Shown: positions 54,268 to 62,942 of the stretch, one piece after another | How positions within the stretch are numbered: the stretch's first letter is position 1 | How the letters are laid out: every line of letters begins with the position of its first letter | DNA from: Nitriliruptoraceae bacterium | Lineage (GTDB): Bacteria; Actinomycetota; Nitriliruptoria; Nitriliruptorales; Nitriliruptoraceae | DNA: 64,000 bases | Assembly (NCBI GenBank): GCA_007130695.1 | Contig: SLRZ01000120.1 | Location: forward strand, 2,408 to 66,407 | Direction of reading: 5' to 3' | Translations under genes and position numbers: made by a program | Notes under the pieces: model-generated | Seen by the model: the letters and a program-made list of their open reading frames with translations, nothing else | What the model was told of the DNA's origin: nothing | Databases searched by the model: none

Positions 54268-54404
54268 TCCGTCGCCCGAGCACCGCGATGCGGGACGACC
54301 GGACGCCTCCGCGTGCGCTGAGGTACTAGGGCCCTGGCGCAGCGGGCCCGGCGGGCGCACGATGCTGGGAGTGACCCGGTGCGGTCGCAGCAAGGTGGTG
54401 CGTC

Positions 54405-54902
54405 ATGAGCCTGGCGACACGGCCCCCCGACCACCGTCCCCGGCCACCCCGAGAGGGCTCCCGGGCGAGTCGACTCGTCGGCTGGAGCCTGGGAGGCGCA
54501 CTGGTGGTCCTCATCGGTGCCGGCGTTGCGGTGGGCCTCCTGCGGGAGCCCGTCCTCCTGGATCCCCACACGCCCGAGGGGACCGTCCAGGCGTACGTGC
54601 AGGCGGTGCTCGACGACGAGTGGAGCGAGGCGCGCTCCCACCTCGCCGGCGACCTCGAAGCGGAGTGCACCGCGATCGACTTTCGTCACGCCTGGATTCC
54701 CGACTCGCTGACGGTGACGCTCGACGACGTGCGGGTCGACGGCGACGAGGCGGAGGTGGTCGTCCGACTGCGTACCGCTGCGGAGCCCGACCCGTTCGGC
54801 GGGGGGTACGAGACCTCCGAGACCTTTGATCTGATCCGCGAGGACTCGGTCTGGCGTTTCACCGGCCAGCCGTGGCCCGTCTACGACTGCCGGGGGTGGT
54901 AG
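54405..54902 (+). CDS. Membrane-anchored small protein, possibly an NTF2-like fold
   Basis: ATG has AAGGTGGTG upstream. TM LGGALVVLIGAGVAVGLL. PEGTVQAYVQAVLDDEW resembles NTF2/DUF4878-type starts (weak). Confidence 0.55.
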   Translation: MSLATRPPDHRPRPPREGSRASRLVGWSLGGALVVLIGAGVAVGLLREPVLLDPHTPEGTVQAYVQAVLDDEWSEARSHLAGDLEAECTAIDFRHAWIPDSLTVTLDDVRVDGDEAEVVVRLRTAAEPDPFGGGYETSETFDLIREDSVWRFTGQPWPVYDCRGW

Positions 54903-54904
54903 CC

Positions 54905-56632
54905 ATGCTCGGTCTCCTCGTTCCTCTCATCATCATCGGGGTCATCGTGTGGGTCGTGCACACCCAGCGGCCGGACGCCGCGGCATCCGGTCGCGCCGTG
55001 CCGTCGCTGCGTCGCGCCCTGCAGTACACGGGGCTGCTGGCCTCGCTGACCGCTGTCTCGATCGGGGTCGGCAACCTGCTCACCGCGGCGTTCACCAGTG
55101 GGACGCTCGCGGGTGACCTCACCGACCAGATCGCCCTCGGGCTCGCGCTCACGCTGGTCGCAGCGCCGGTGTGGCTGCTGCTGTGGCGCAGCGTCCTGAC
55201 CCACCTCCGCGGGGACTCCGCGGATCGCGCGTCCGGTGGGTGGGGCCTGTACCTCGTCGTCGCCATGACCGGCAGCCTGATCGTCGCGTTGGTCAACGTC
55301 GTGCGCCTCGGCACGATGCTGCTGCAGGTCGAGCCCTTCGCCCCGGGCGCCCTCGCCGCGGCGCTCGTCGCGCTGCCGGTCTGGGGTGCGCACCTGTGGC
55401 TGGAGCGCCACCCGGCCTTGGCGCCGACCTCACGACTGCCGGCGCTCGGCGTGCTGGCGGGCTCGACCGTGGGGCTGATCGCCCTCGCGATCGGGGTCGG
55501 CAACGTCCTGCGCTATGCCCTCGAGGCCTTCTACGGCCTGCTGCCCGACGCGACGATGGTCGGTGGCGACACCGCTCCGTTGCTCGTGGGCCTGGTCGTG
55601 GCCGTGGCCGCCGCGCCCGTGTGGTGGTGGCACTGGCTGCATCAGGGCGTCGGGGCCACCCGGGACACGCTGTGGCACACCTACGTGCTGCTCGTGGCGA
55701 TCTTCGGTGGGTTGGTCACCGCGGTGACCGCGAGCGGGATCGTGCTCGGGACCGCGCTCCAGTGGCTGATCGGCGAGCCGTCAGCCGCTCGTGCCACTGC
55801 TCACTTCATGAGCGTTCCAGCAACGATCGCCGCTGGTCTGGTGGGCGTACTGATCTGGCGCTACCACCGCACCGTCCTCGACGCCGCGACGGCTCGCGTG
55901 CGTACCGAGCCGGAGCGGACCTACAACTACCTCGCGGCCGGGGTCGGCCTGGTCACGGGTACCGCCGGCGCGACCGTCGCGATCGCCGCGGCGATACAGA
56001 TCCTGGTGCCGGGAGCACTGGCGGTCGAAGCCGGCGGTCGCAACACGCTGGCGACCGCGCTGACCCTGCTGGCCGTGGGGCTGCCGGTGTGGTGGGCCTT
56101 CTGGCGCCGCGTGCAACGTCACACCACAGCCGGGGTGGCGGGCGAGCGAACCTCGCCGAGCCGGCGCGTCTACCTGTTCCTGCTCTTCGGCGCCACGGGA
56201 CTGACCGCGGTGGTGAGCCTGTCGGTGATCCTCTTCGTGGTCTTCCGCGACCTGCTCGACGCCTCGCTCACCGTGACGGTCCTGCACGACCTGCGGATCG
56301 CGATCGGCCTGGTGCTCACCGCCGGTGGCCTCTCCGCCTACCACTGGACGGTTCACCGCGAGGACCGGGAGCACGCGGCCGTGGCGCCCACGTTCACGAC
56401 CATGCGCCCGCGCCACGTGCTGCTCGTGGGCCCCGACGGGCGCGAGCTCGCTGCCGCTGTCGCCACCGGTACCGGCGCACGGGTGAGCAGCCTGCACCGG
56501 CTGGATACGGCCGGGGGCGACGTCGACGCGCACCGCGTCGCAGAGGCGATCCTGGCCATGCCCCACGACGACGTCGTCGTCACGATCGAGGACGACGGCG
56601 ACATCCACGTCATCCCCTACGAGCCTGCCTGA
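54905..56632 (+). CDS. Polytopic integral membrane protein (about 12 or more TM), unknown function
   Basis: ATG 54905 lies 3 nt after the previous stop. Repeated hydrophobic pairs with W-rich loops (PVWLLLW, PVWWWHW, LPVWWAFW) suggest internal repeats. Confidence 0.7.
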   Translation: MLGLLVPLIIIGVIVWVVHTQRPDAAASGRAVPSLRRALQYTGLLASLTAVSIGVGNLLTAAFTSGTLAGDLTDQIALGLALTLVAAPVWLLLWRSVLTHLRGDSADRASGGWGLYLVVAMTGSLIVALVNVVRLGTMLLQVEPFAPGALAAALVALPVWGAHLWLERHPALAPTSRLPALGVLAGSTVGLIALAIGVGNVLRYALEAFYGLLPDATMVGGDTAPLLVGLVVAVAAAPVWWWHWLHQGVGATRDTLWHTYVLLVAIFGGLVTAVTASGIVLGTALQWLIGEPSAARATAHFMSVPATIAAGLVGVLIWRYHRTVLDAATARVRTEPERTYNYLAAGVGLVTGTAGATVAIAAAIQILVPGALAVEAGGRNTLATALTLLAVGLPVWWAFWRRVQRHTTAGVAGERTSPSRRVYLFLLFGATGLTAVVSLSVILFVVFRDLLDASLTVTVLHDLRIAIGLVLTAGGLSAYHWTVHREDREHAAVAPTFTTMRPRHVLLVGPDGRELAAAVATGTGARVSSLHRLDTAGGDVDAHRVAEAILAMPHDDVVVTIEDDGDIHVIPYEPA

Positions 56633-56732
56633 CGGCCGGCCCCTCTTGGGTCTCCTGGCCCTGTCGTCGGGTTCTTGGCGTGTGGAGAATCGGGCCGAGG
56701 GACCCAGCGATCGAGCGGTCGGAGGCGAGCCG

Positions 56733-57824
56733 ATGGATCACTCGAACGTCTTCGAGCAGGCCGACGCCGGAGGCGTCGGGTCGGTCACCGTCGCAGCCGA
56801 CCGGTCCGCCGTGATCACACCGGTGCACTCGCAGCCCCGTCGGTCCCCGGAAGCGCGACCCGCCGAGGCTTCGGTCCGGACGCTGGATGGCCTGCTGCGG
56901 GCTGCCGGGTTCGCCGTCGACCCGGAGGGAGTCTGGCCGCTGGACGGTATCGGGGCGATGAACCACCACTGGCGGGTGCGTATTGGGGGGCGGGACCTCG
57001 TGTTTCGCGAGTACGGCTGGCCGTTCCTGCCGCCGGCACCGGCTCGAGCACGACGCGAAGCCATGGTGCTCGAACTGTTGGAGAGCGCGGACGTCCCGGC
57101 ACCCCGCGGGCTCGCCGTGTCGGACAACGCCCTGCTGGCGACGTTCGAGCGGGGCCGGGTGCTCGGAGAGATGCCGATGTCGGAGGTCGCGGTCGCGCTC
57201 GGCGACGCCTGGTATGACGTCGGACGGGCCTGGCGACGGGTGCACGAGATCGTGCCGCCAGCCGAGGTGCGCGCCGGGCTCCTCGGGGGACCACAACGTG
57301 AGATGGCCGGCTGGTACGACCGGGTGATCGCCGACGTCCACCGGTATCTACATGCCGTGGAGCACGAGCGGCCAGAGCTCGAGGTGGACGCCGCCCGGGT
57401 GCACCGGCTCTTCGTGGCGGCGAAGGGGATGCTGGAGGCACGGCCGGTTCGGCTGCTCCACGGCGACGCCCACCTGTGGAACGTGCTCGTCGACCTGGAG
57501 GCCGACCGCTGGACGTGCACCGCGATCCTCGACTGGGAGTGCGCCGAAGCCGGCGACCCGGTCTGGGACCTGGTCGCACTCCACCTGCTCCGCCGGCGTG
57601 ATGTCGGCCCGACGCCACAAGCCTTCTTCGACGGCTACGGGGACCCGGGCCCGGCCGCCGTGTGGGCCCTCTACGAGCTGCTGCACCATCTGTGGCAAGC
57701 CATCGACGTCGCTGCGTGGCCCTCCCCACTGCCCAGCCATCGGGCAGCCACCGAGTACCTGCGCGCTCTGCCGGGCCGGCTACCTCGGTTGGAGAATCAG
57801 GTCGGACCGGCACGGGGGTCATGA
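56733..57824 (+). CDS. APH-fold phosphotransferase family protein
   Basis: ATG 56733 has GGAGG upstream. LLHGDAHLWNVLVD (catalytic loop) and ILDWECAEAGDPVWDL. Confidence 0.8.
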   Translation: MDHSNVFEQADAGGVGSVTVAADRSAVITPVHSQPRRSPEARPAEASVRTLDGLLRAAGFAVDPEGVWPLDGIGAMNHHWRVRIGGRDLVFREYGWPFLPPAPARARREAMVLELLESADVPAPRGLAVSDNALLATFERGRVLGEMPMSEVAVALGDAWYDVGRAWRRVHEIVPPAEVRAGLLGGPQREMAGWYDRVIADVHRYLHAVEHERPELEVDAARVHRLFVAAKGMLEARPVRLLHGDAHLWNVLVDLEADRWTCTAILDWECAEAGDPVWDLVALHLLRRRDVGPTPQAFFDGYGDPGPAAVWALYELLHHLWQAIDVAAWPSPLPSHRAATEYLRALPGRLPRLENQVGPARGS

Positions 57825-57927
57825 GCAAGGCGGAGGCGTGGCCTCGGCTCACGTGGCGAGCCGACCGTCGGTGCGGCATCGCCCGCCAGCCCACGAGTTC
57901 CCGGCCGTGTGGCGGCACCCGTCGCGG

Positions 57928-59637
57928 TCAGGTCGGCCCGGCGCTGAGCGCGTCGCGGGCCTCGCTGGCATCGGGCTGGGCCATCGCCGTGTCCAGTGCG
58001 TGGCGACAGTCGGCCCGGGTCACGTCGCGCAGGGCCGCCTTGATCTCGGGTATGGCCGCCGGGGTCATGGACAGCTCGTCGATGCCGAGCCCGATGAGGG
58101 CAACGGCGGTGGCGGGATCGCTGGCGGCTTCGCCGCAGACACCGACCCAGGCGTCGTGTGCGTGGGCGGCGGCGGCCACGTCGTCGAGGAGGCGGAGCAC
58201 GATCGGGTCGCAGGCATCGGCGAGTTCGCTGACGCTGTGCAGTAGTCGGTCCGCGGCGAAGAGGTACTGCAGCAGATCGTTGGTGCCGATCGAGAGGAAG
58301 TCGCAGTGGGAGGCGAGTCGGTCGGCGGCCAGTGCTGCGGCCGGCGTCTCGACCATGACGCCGACCTCGAGGCCGCCGAGGTCGTGGTCGTGCTCGGCGG
58401 CGACCTCGACGAGGTGTCGGCGTGCTTCGGTGAGCTCGGCGGGGAGGCTGACCAGGGGGAACATGATCGCCAGGCGGCCGCCCTGGTCGCCGACGTCCGC
58501 GCGGGCTGCCAGCAGGGCGCGCAGCTGGTCGCGGAACAGGCCCGGTCGGGCCAGGCTCAGGCGGATGCCGCGCAGCCCCAGCGCAGGGTTGGGCTCCTCC
58601 TCACGGTCGACGAATGGCAGTGGCTTGTCGGCGCCGACGTCCAGGGTGCGCACGACGACCCGGTGTCCGGGGAAGGTGCGCAGCACCTGCGAGATGAACT
58701 CGGCCTGTTCGTCGACGTCGGGCGCTGCCGTCCGATCGAGGTAGAGGAATTCGGTACGGACCAGTCCGGAGCCTTCCGCCCCGGCGTCGACGGCGTCCGC
58801 GAGATCCGGCTCGGCGCCGATGTTGGCCGCGAGTTCGATGCGGTGGCCGTCAGCGGTCGTACCGGGCAGCTCACGTAGCGCCTGGAGTTCCTCGCGTCGG
58901 CGGGCGTCCTTGTCGAGGCGTTGCTGGATGTGGGCGCGTTCTTCGTCGTCGGGGTCGACGATCAGCAACCCCTGGTGGCCGTCGACGGCGAGGTCGGCGC
59001 CATCGGTGGCGAGATCGACGATGCCGGTCGCGCCCACGACGGCGGGCACCCCCAGGGATCGCGCCAGAATCGCCGCGTGGCTGGTGGGGGAGCCCGTCTC
59101 GGTCACCAGCGCGGCGATGACCGCGCGCGGGATGGTCGCCGTCTGCGAAGGGGACAGCTCGTGGGCGACGATTACCGAAAGCTCACGAGGGGCCTCGACC
59201 TCGAACGCCTCGCCGGCCAGCAGGGCGAGCACACGGTCGCGTACGTCGTCGAGGTCTTCGGCACGGGCGGCGAGGTAGTCGGATTCGGATGCCTCCAGCA
59301 GGGCCCGGAAGCTGTCGAAGGCGCTGGCGACGGCCGCCGCTGCAGCGTCGCCCTCCGCGACCGCCTTGCGGGCCCGGTCGGCCAGTTCGGGGTCCTGGGC
59401 GAAAGCTGCATGTGCTTCGAAGATCCCGGCCTCGTCGTCGCCGAGCTCCTGGTTGACGTGCTCGGCCAGTTGCTCGAGCTGGTCCGCGGCGCGCTCCAGC
59501 GCGTCGTCGAGGCGTGCCCGCTCCTCGGCGGGCGTGCCGGCTTCGCCCGCCTCGCTCGCGGCAGGCGGGCGGATCACCGCAGCCGGGGCCAACGCCACTC
59601 CGGGCGCGGCCGCTCGTCCGGTCAGGTGGCGGCTCAT
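57928..59637 (-). CDS. ptsI: Phosphoenolpyruvate-protein phosphotransferase (PTS Enzyme I)
   Basis: GSPTSHAAILARSLGVPAVVG (phospho-His region), PEP-utilising C-terminal domain (FLSIGTNDLLQY). ATGA overlap with the HPr stop. Confidence 0.95.
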   Translation of the reverse strand: MSRHLTGRAAAPGVALAPAAVIRPPAASEAGEAGTPAEERARLDDALERAADQLEQLAEHVNQELGDDEAGIFEAHAAFAQDPELADRARKAVAEGDAAAAAVASAFDSFRALLEASESDYLAARAEDLDDVRDRVLALLAGEAFEVEAPRELSVIVAHELSPSQTATIPRAVIAALVTETGSPTSHAAILARSLGVPAVVGATGIVDLATDGADLAVDGHQGLLIVDPDDEERAHIQQRLDKDARRREELQALRELPGTTADGHRIELAANIGAEPDLADAVDAGAEGSGLVRTEFLYLDRTAAPDVDEQAEFISQVLRTFPGHRVVVRTLDVGADKPLPFVDREEEPNPALGLRGIRLSLARPGLFRDQLRALLAARADVGDQGGRLAIMFPLVSLPAELTEARRHLVEVAAEHDHDLGGLEVGVMVETPAAALAADRLASHCDFLSIGTNDLLQYLFAADRLLHSVSELADACDPIVLRLLDDVAAAAHAHDAWVGVCGEAASDPATAVALIGLGIDELSMTPAAIPEIKAALRDVTRADCRHALDTAMAQPDASEARDALSAGPT

Positions 59638-59906
59638 GCTGGCTGCTCGCCGAGGCCGTTCTCGACCAGGTCCACGAGCGCGGTGAGCGCCTCTTCGGCT
59701 CTCTCGCCCTGGGCACGGATGGTGATCTCGTCACCCTGGTGACAGTCGAGGGTCAGCACGCTCAGCACGGAGGCCGCGTTCACCTCGTTGCCGCCCTTGG
59801 CCACGGTCACCTCGGCATCCGCATCTGCGGCCGCCTGGGCGAAGACCTTCGCCGGTCGGGCATGCAGCCCACTGGGGTTGGGGAGTCGGACCGATCGTTC
59901 AGCCAT
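59634..59906 (-). CDS. ptsH: Phosphocarrier protein HPr
   Basis: ATG 59906 has AGGAGAG upstream. VRLPNPSGLHARPAKVF contains the His15 motif. 90 aa. Confidence 0.9.
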   Translation of the reverse strand: MAERSVRLPNPSGLHARPAKVFAQAAADADAEVTVAKGGNEVNAASVLSVLTLDCHQGDEITIRAQGERAEEALTALVDLVENGLGEQPA

Positions 59907-60627
59907 GGGGCTCTCCTGGGTTGTCGCACTCGCGACCATGGTCACGACCGTTGCCTGTCCGCGGTGTCGCGAGAAATCCGGGGAGGTCGGTGATGGGGTC
60001 GAGCACGGTGTCAGCGCCCGCGGCGCACAGCGCAGGGATCTCGGCTGTGGTCGGCACGGCGACGACCTGCATGCCGGCCTGCTTGGCGGCCCTCACGCCG
60101 ACGACCGCGTCCTCGACCACCAGACAGGCTTGCGGGGTGACCCCGAGCCGGGCGGCGGCAGTGAGGTATGCCTCCGGGTCGGGCTTTCCGCGGACGACGT
60201 CCTCGGCGGCGACGAGGGTCTCGAAGGCCGTGCGCAGCGTTCCGAGCGCATGCTCTGCGACGTGTCGCCGTGCGCTGGTGGCCACGCCGAGTCGCCAACC
60301 CGAGCTGCGTAGCTCCTCGATCATCTCCGTGACTCCCGGCACGAGCTGCTGGCCAGGGCCGTGTTCGTCGAGCAGGGCGTCCGCGTAGCCTTCGAGGTCC
60401 TCGAGTGCTGCCAGCACCTGAGGGGAGTCGGCGTCGAGGTCGAGCAGTTGGGCCAGCGCGTCAGCGGCGCGTCGTCCGAACAGGCTGCGCACGCCCGCTG
60501 CGGGCGGTGGGATGGAGCGCTCCTCGAGAAACCGTGTCCAAGCCCGCACGTGCGCTTCGGTGGAATCGACCAGGACGCCGTCCATGTCGAACACGACCGC
60601 AGCCAGAACGACAGGTGGAGGGGTCAT
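59899..60627 (-). CDS. HAD-IA family hydrolase (beta-phosphoglucomutase / sugar-phosphatase-like)
   Basis: VVFDMDGVLVDS motif I, GVATSA motif II, VVEDAVVGVRAAKQAGM motif IV. ATGA overlap with the GntR stop. Confidence 0.85.
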   Translation of the reverse strand: MTPPPVVLAAVVFDMDGVLVDSTEAHVRAWTRFLEERSIPPPAAGVRSLFGRRAADALAQLLDLDADSPQVLAALEDLEGYADALLDEHGPGQQLVPGVTEMIEELRSSGWRLGVATSARRHVAEHALGTLRTAFETLVAAEDVVRGKPDPEAYLTAAARLGVTPQACLVVEDAVVGVRAAKQAGMQVVAVPTTAEIPALCAAGADTVLDPITDLPGFLATPRTGNGRDHGRECDNPGEPHG

Positions 60628-61451
60628 GGAGCGTCGTCCGGTCCTGCGGTGCGCAACGCGTCGACGGCGCGGTGCTGGCGGGTGTTCAGTTCGAAGCGGT
60701 CGCTGCGGTAGACCGACCGCACGAACTCGATGACGCTGCCGTCGCTGGCCCGGGTGGTCCGCTCGATACGTAATGCGGGTGTGGCCGTGGGGACGTGGAG
60801 CAGGTGTGCCTCGGCGTCGGTGAGCGCCACGGCGGCGATGTGCTGTTCGCTCGTGGCCGGTTCGCAGCCGTAGTCGGTCGCGAGCGTCTCGTACAAGGAG
60901 TGGACCGCGAGATCGACCGTCTCGAGTCCGGGAAAGCGGCGGGCGGGAAGGTGGCTGCGTTCGAGGGCGATGGGATCGTCGTCGCCGTTCCGTATGCGCT
61001 CGATTCGCAGAACGGGTTCACCGGCTGGCAGCTGGAGCTGCAGGGCGACGGCCGCGGGCGCGGGAACGACCTCCTGGGCGAGCACGATCGAGCTGGGAGT
61101 CATGCCACGCGCCGCCATGTCCTCGGTGAACGAGGTCAGGTTGGCGGGCTGGGCCACGCGCGGCTCGGACACGAAGGTCCCCTGCCCCTGGATGCGGTGG
61201 ACCAGGCCCTGGGAGGCGAGGCGGCCGATGGCATCGCGTACGGTCATCCTGGCCACGCCGTATCGGGCGGCGAGTTCTCGTTCGCTGGGCAGCTTGTCGC
61301 CCGGTTCGCTGGAGGTGACGAGGTCATCGAGAAGCTCCTGCAGCTGCCGCCCTTTGGCTTGGCCCGCCAGGGGCCGCAGGCCCTCCTCGGGGGAGCTTCC
61401 GTGCCGCTTGCCGCCAGCTTTCGGACGGCTGGAGGGGCGCCTCGTGGCCAT
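60624..61451 (-). CDS. GntR family regulator, HutC subfamily (UTRA effector domain), DasR-like
   Basis: LPSERELAARYGVARMTVRDAIGRLASQGLVHRIQGQGTFV. LTSFTEDMAARG, RIERIRNGDDDPIALERSHLPARRFPGL and EFVRSVYRSDRF closely parallel the DasR/NagR pattern as I remember it. Confidence 0.9.
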   Translation of the reverse strand: MATRRPSSRPKAGGKRHGSSPEEGLRPLAGQAKGRQLQELLDDLVTSSEPGDKLPSERELAARYGVARMTVRDAIGRLASQGLVHRIQGQGTFVSEPRVAQPANLTSFTEDMAARGMTPSSIVLAQEVVPAPAAVALQLQLPAGEPVLRIERIRNGDDDPIALERSHLPARRFPGLETVDLAVHSLYETLATDYGCEPATSEQHIAAVALTDAEAHLLHVPTATPALRIERTTRASDGSVIEFVRSVYRSDRFELNTRQHRAVDALRTAGPDDAP

Positions 61452-61472
61452 GGTCGTCTCGCCTGGGAACAG

Positions 61473-62204
61473 TCACAGTAGGGGTATCCGGGGACGATAC
61501 TCGGCGAGGAGATCGGCGTTTCGCTCGTCGCCCCCGACGACGTTCGCGCTGGTCCACAACGGCAGGCTCACGGCCTCCTGCTCGGCGCGCTCGGCCAGTC
61601 GCGCCAGTAGCAGGTTCCAGAGGTAGATGGACGTCAGCGACGACAGGGGCGCGGTCCGCGTCTGGCCCGTGTCGAACGCTGCGTCGCCGACCGGGACACC
61701 GGTGTCCAGCAGCTCGTCGGCGATCTCGTCGAGCTTGACGCCGGCGCGGGCCGGTGCGGCGTGTAGGTGTGGGAGCGAGGAGACCGCCACGACCCAGACC
61801 CCTGCGGCCTTCATGCCCTGGGCGAGCCCGACGGGCAGGGGGTTGGCTCCGGAGCTGGAGAACACGACCGCGATCTCGCCCGCGGTGGGTGCGGCCTGGG
61901 CCAGCAGCACCTCAGCCAGATCGCTGCTGCGTTCCAGCACGGTGCTGGCGATGCCGCCGGTCAACGGGACCAGGCCCGGATGGGTGATGGGATTGACGCA
62001 GGCCAGGCCGCCGGCCCGGTAGAAGGCCTCGAGCACCAGCGCGCTGGAGTGGCCGGTGCCCGTGACGTGCAGGCGTGCCCCGTTCTTCACCGCGTCGAGG
62101 ACGCGTTCGACGATCCGGTCGATCGCGTCGGTGTTCCGGCCTTCAGCCTCGCGCAGGTGCTCGCGCATGGTCTCGCCGAAGCCCGCCGCCGGATCAGTCG
62201 CCAT
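61473..62204 (-). CDS. SIS (sugar isomerase) domain protein, UPF0309-like
   Basis: ATG 62204 overlaps the EIIA 3' end by 11 nt. ARLHVTGTGHSSALVLEAFYRAGG and VVFSSSGANPLPV are SIS-type motifs. Confidence 0.8.
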   Translation of the reverse strand: MATDPAAGFGETMREHLREAEGRNTDAIDRIVERVLDAVKNGARLHVTGTGHSSALVLEAFYRAGGLACVNPITHPGLVPLTGGIASTVLERSSDLAEVLLAQAAPTAGEIAVVFSSSGANPLPVGLAQGMKAAGVWVVAVSSLPHLHAAPARAGVKLDEIADELLDTGVPVGDAAFDTGQTRTAPLSSLTSIYLWNLLLARLAERAEQEAVSLPLWTSANVVGGDERNADLLAEYRPRIPLL

Positions 62205-62649
62205 CACGGATCTCCTCCAGAACCTGTTGGGCCTCGTGATCGTCGTCGGCGAGCCGGAGGCGGTCGGCCAGGCCGGCGACCAGGTGCCTCGCCAGTGACG
62301 AGAGCAGGCCGACGTGCTGGTCGGCATCCGGTGAGCCGAACGCGAACACGACGTCGACGGGGTCGTTGTCGGGATGTCCGAAGTCCACCGGTTCGGTGAG
62401 GGTGATGACGGCCACGCCGAGTCGGTGCACACCGTCCTCGGGACGCGCGTGTGCCAGGGCGAGGCCGGGAGCGAGCACGATGTAGGGACCGTGCTCCTCG
62501 ACCATCTCCACGCACCGTCGCGGGTAGGTCTCACTGATCGTGTCCGCCTCGAGGAGGGGGGCGCAGGCCTGGTGCACCGCGTCCCGCCAGTCGGTGACCC
62601 GCCGGCGGGCCCGTGCCGCCAGCACGCCCCCCTCCAAGTGCTCGGTCAT
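62194..62649 (-). CDS. PTS EIIA component (EIIA-2, mannitol/fructose/ascorbate type)
   Basis: GPYIVLAPGLALAHARPEDGV carries the phosphorylatable His. 151 aa. Confidence 0.85.
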   Translation of the reverse strand: MTEHLEGGVLAARARRRVTDWRDAVHQACAPLLEADTISETYPRRCVEMVEEHGPYIVLAPGLALAHARPEDGVHRLGVAVITLTEPVDFGHPDNDPVDVVFAFGSPDADQHVGLLSSLARHLVAGLADRLRLADDDHEAQQVLEEIRDGD

Positions 62650-62653
62650 GTGC

Positions 62654-62938
62654 TCACTCCAGCCAGCCCTGGTTTTCGAAGGCCTCGGTCAACTGTGTCT
62701 GGAGGGCGTCCTTGTCCATGAAGTTCGTGACTGTGACCACGACCGGGGCCCGGCCCTCGAACTCCTCGGTGTGCATGCCCTGGCCGACGATCGCGTCGGC
62801 CTGCATACCCCGGGCGCTGGAGACGTCGGTGGCTTCCACCTTCGCCTTGACACCCATCTTCTTCAGGACATCCTCGACCGTCATGCGCAACATCAGGCTC
62901 GAGCCCATGCCGACGCCGCAGACCGTGAGGATCTTCAT
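62654..62938 (-). CDS. PTS EIIB component (UlaB/SgaB type)
   Basis: ATG 62938. MKILTVCGVGMGSSLMLRM carries the active-site Cys. 94 aa. Confidence 0.85.
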   Translation of the reverse strand: MKILTVCGVGMGSSLMLRMTVEDVLKKMGVKAKVEATDVSSARGMQADAIVGQGMHTEEFEGRAPVVVTVTNFMDKDALQTQLTEAFENQGWLE

Positions 62939-62942
62939 CGGG

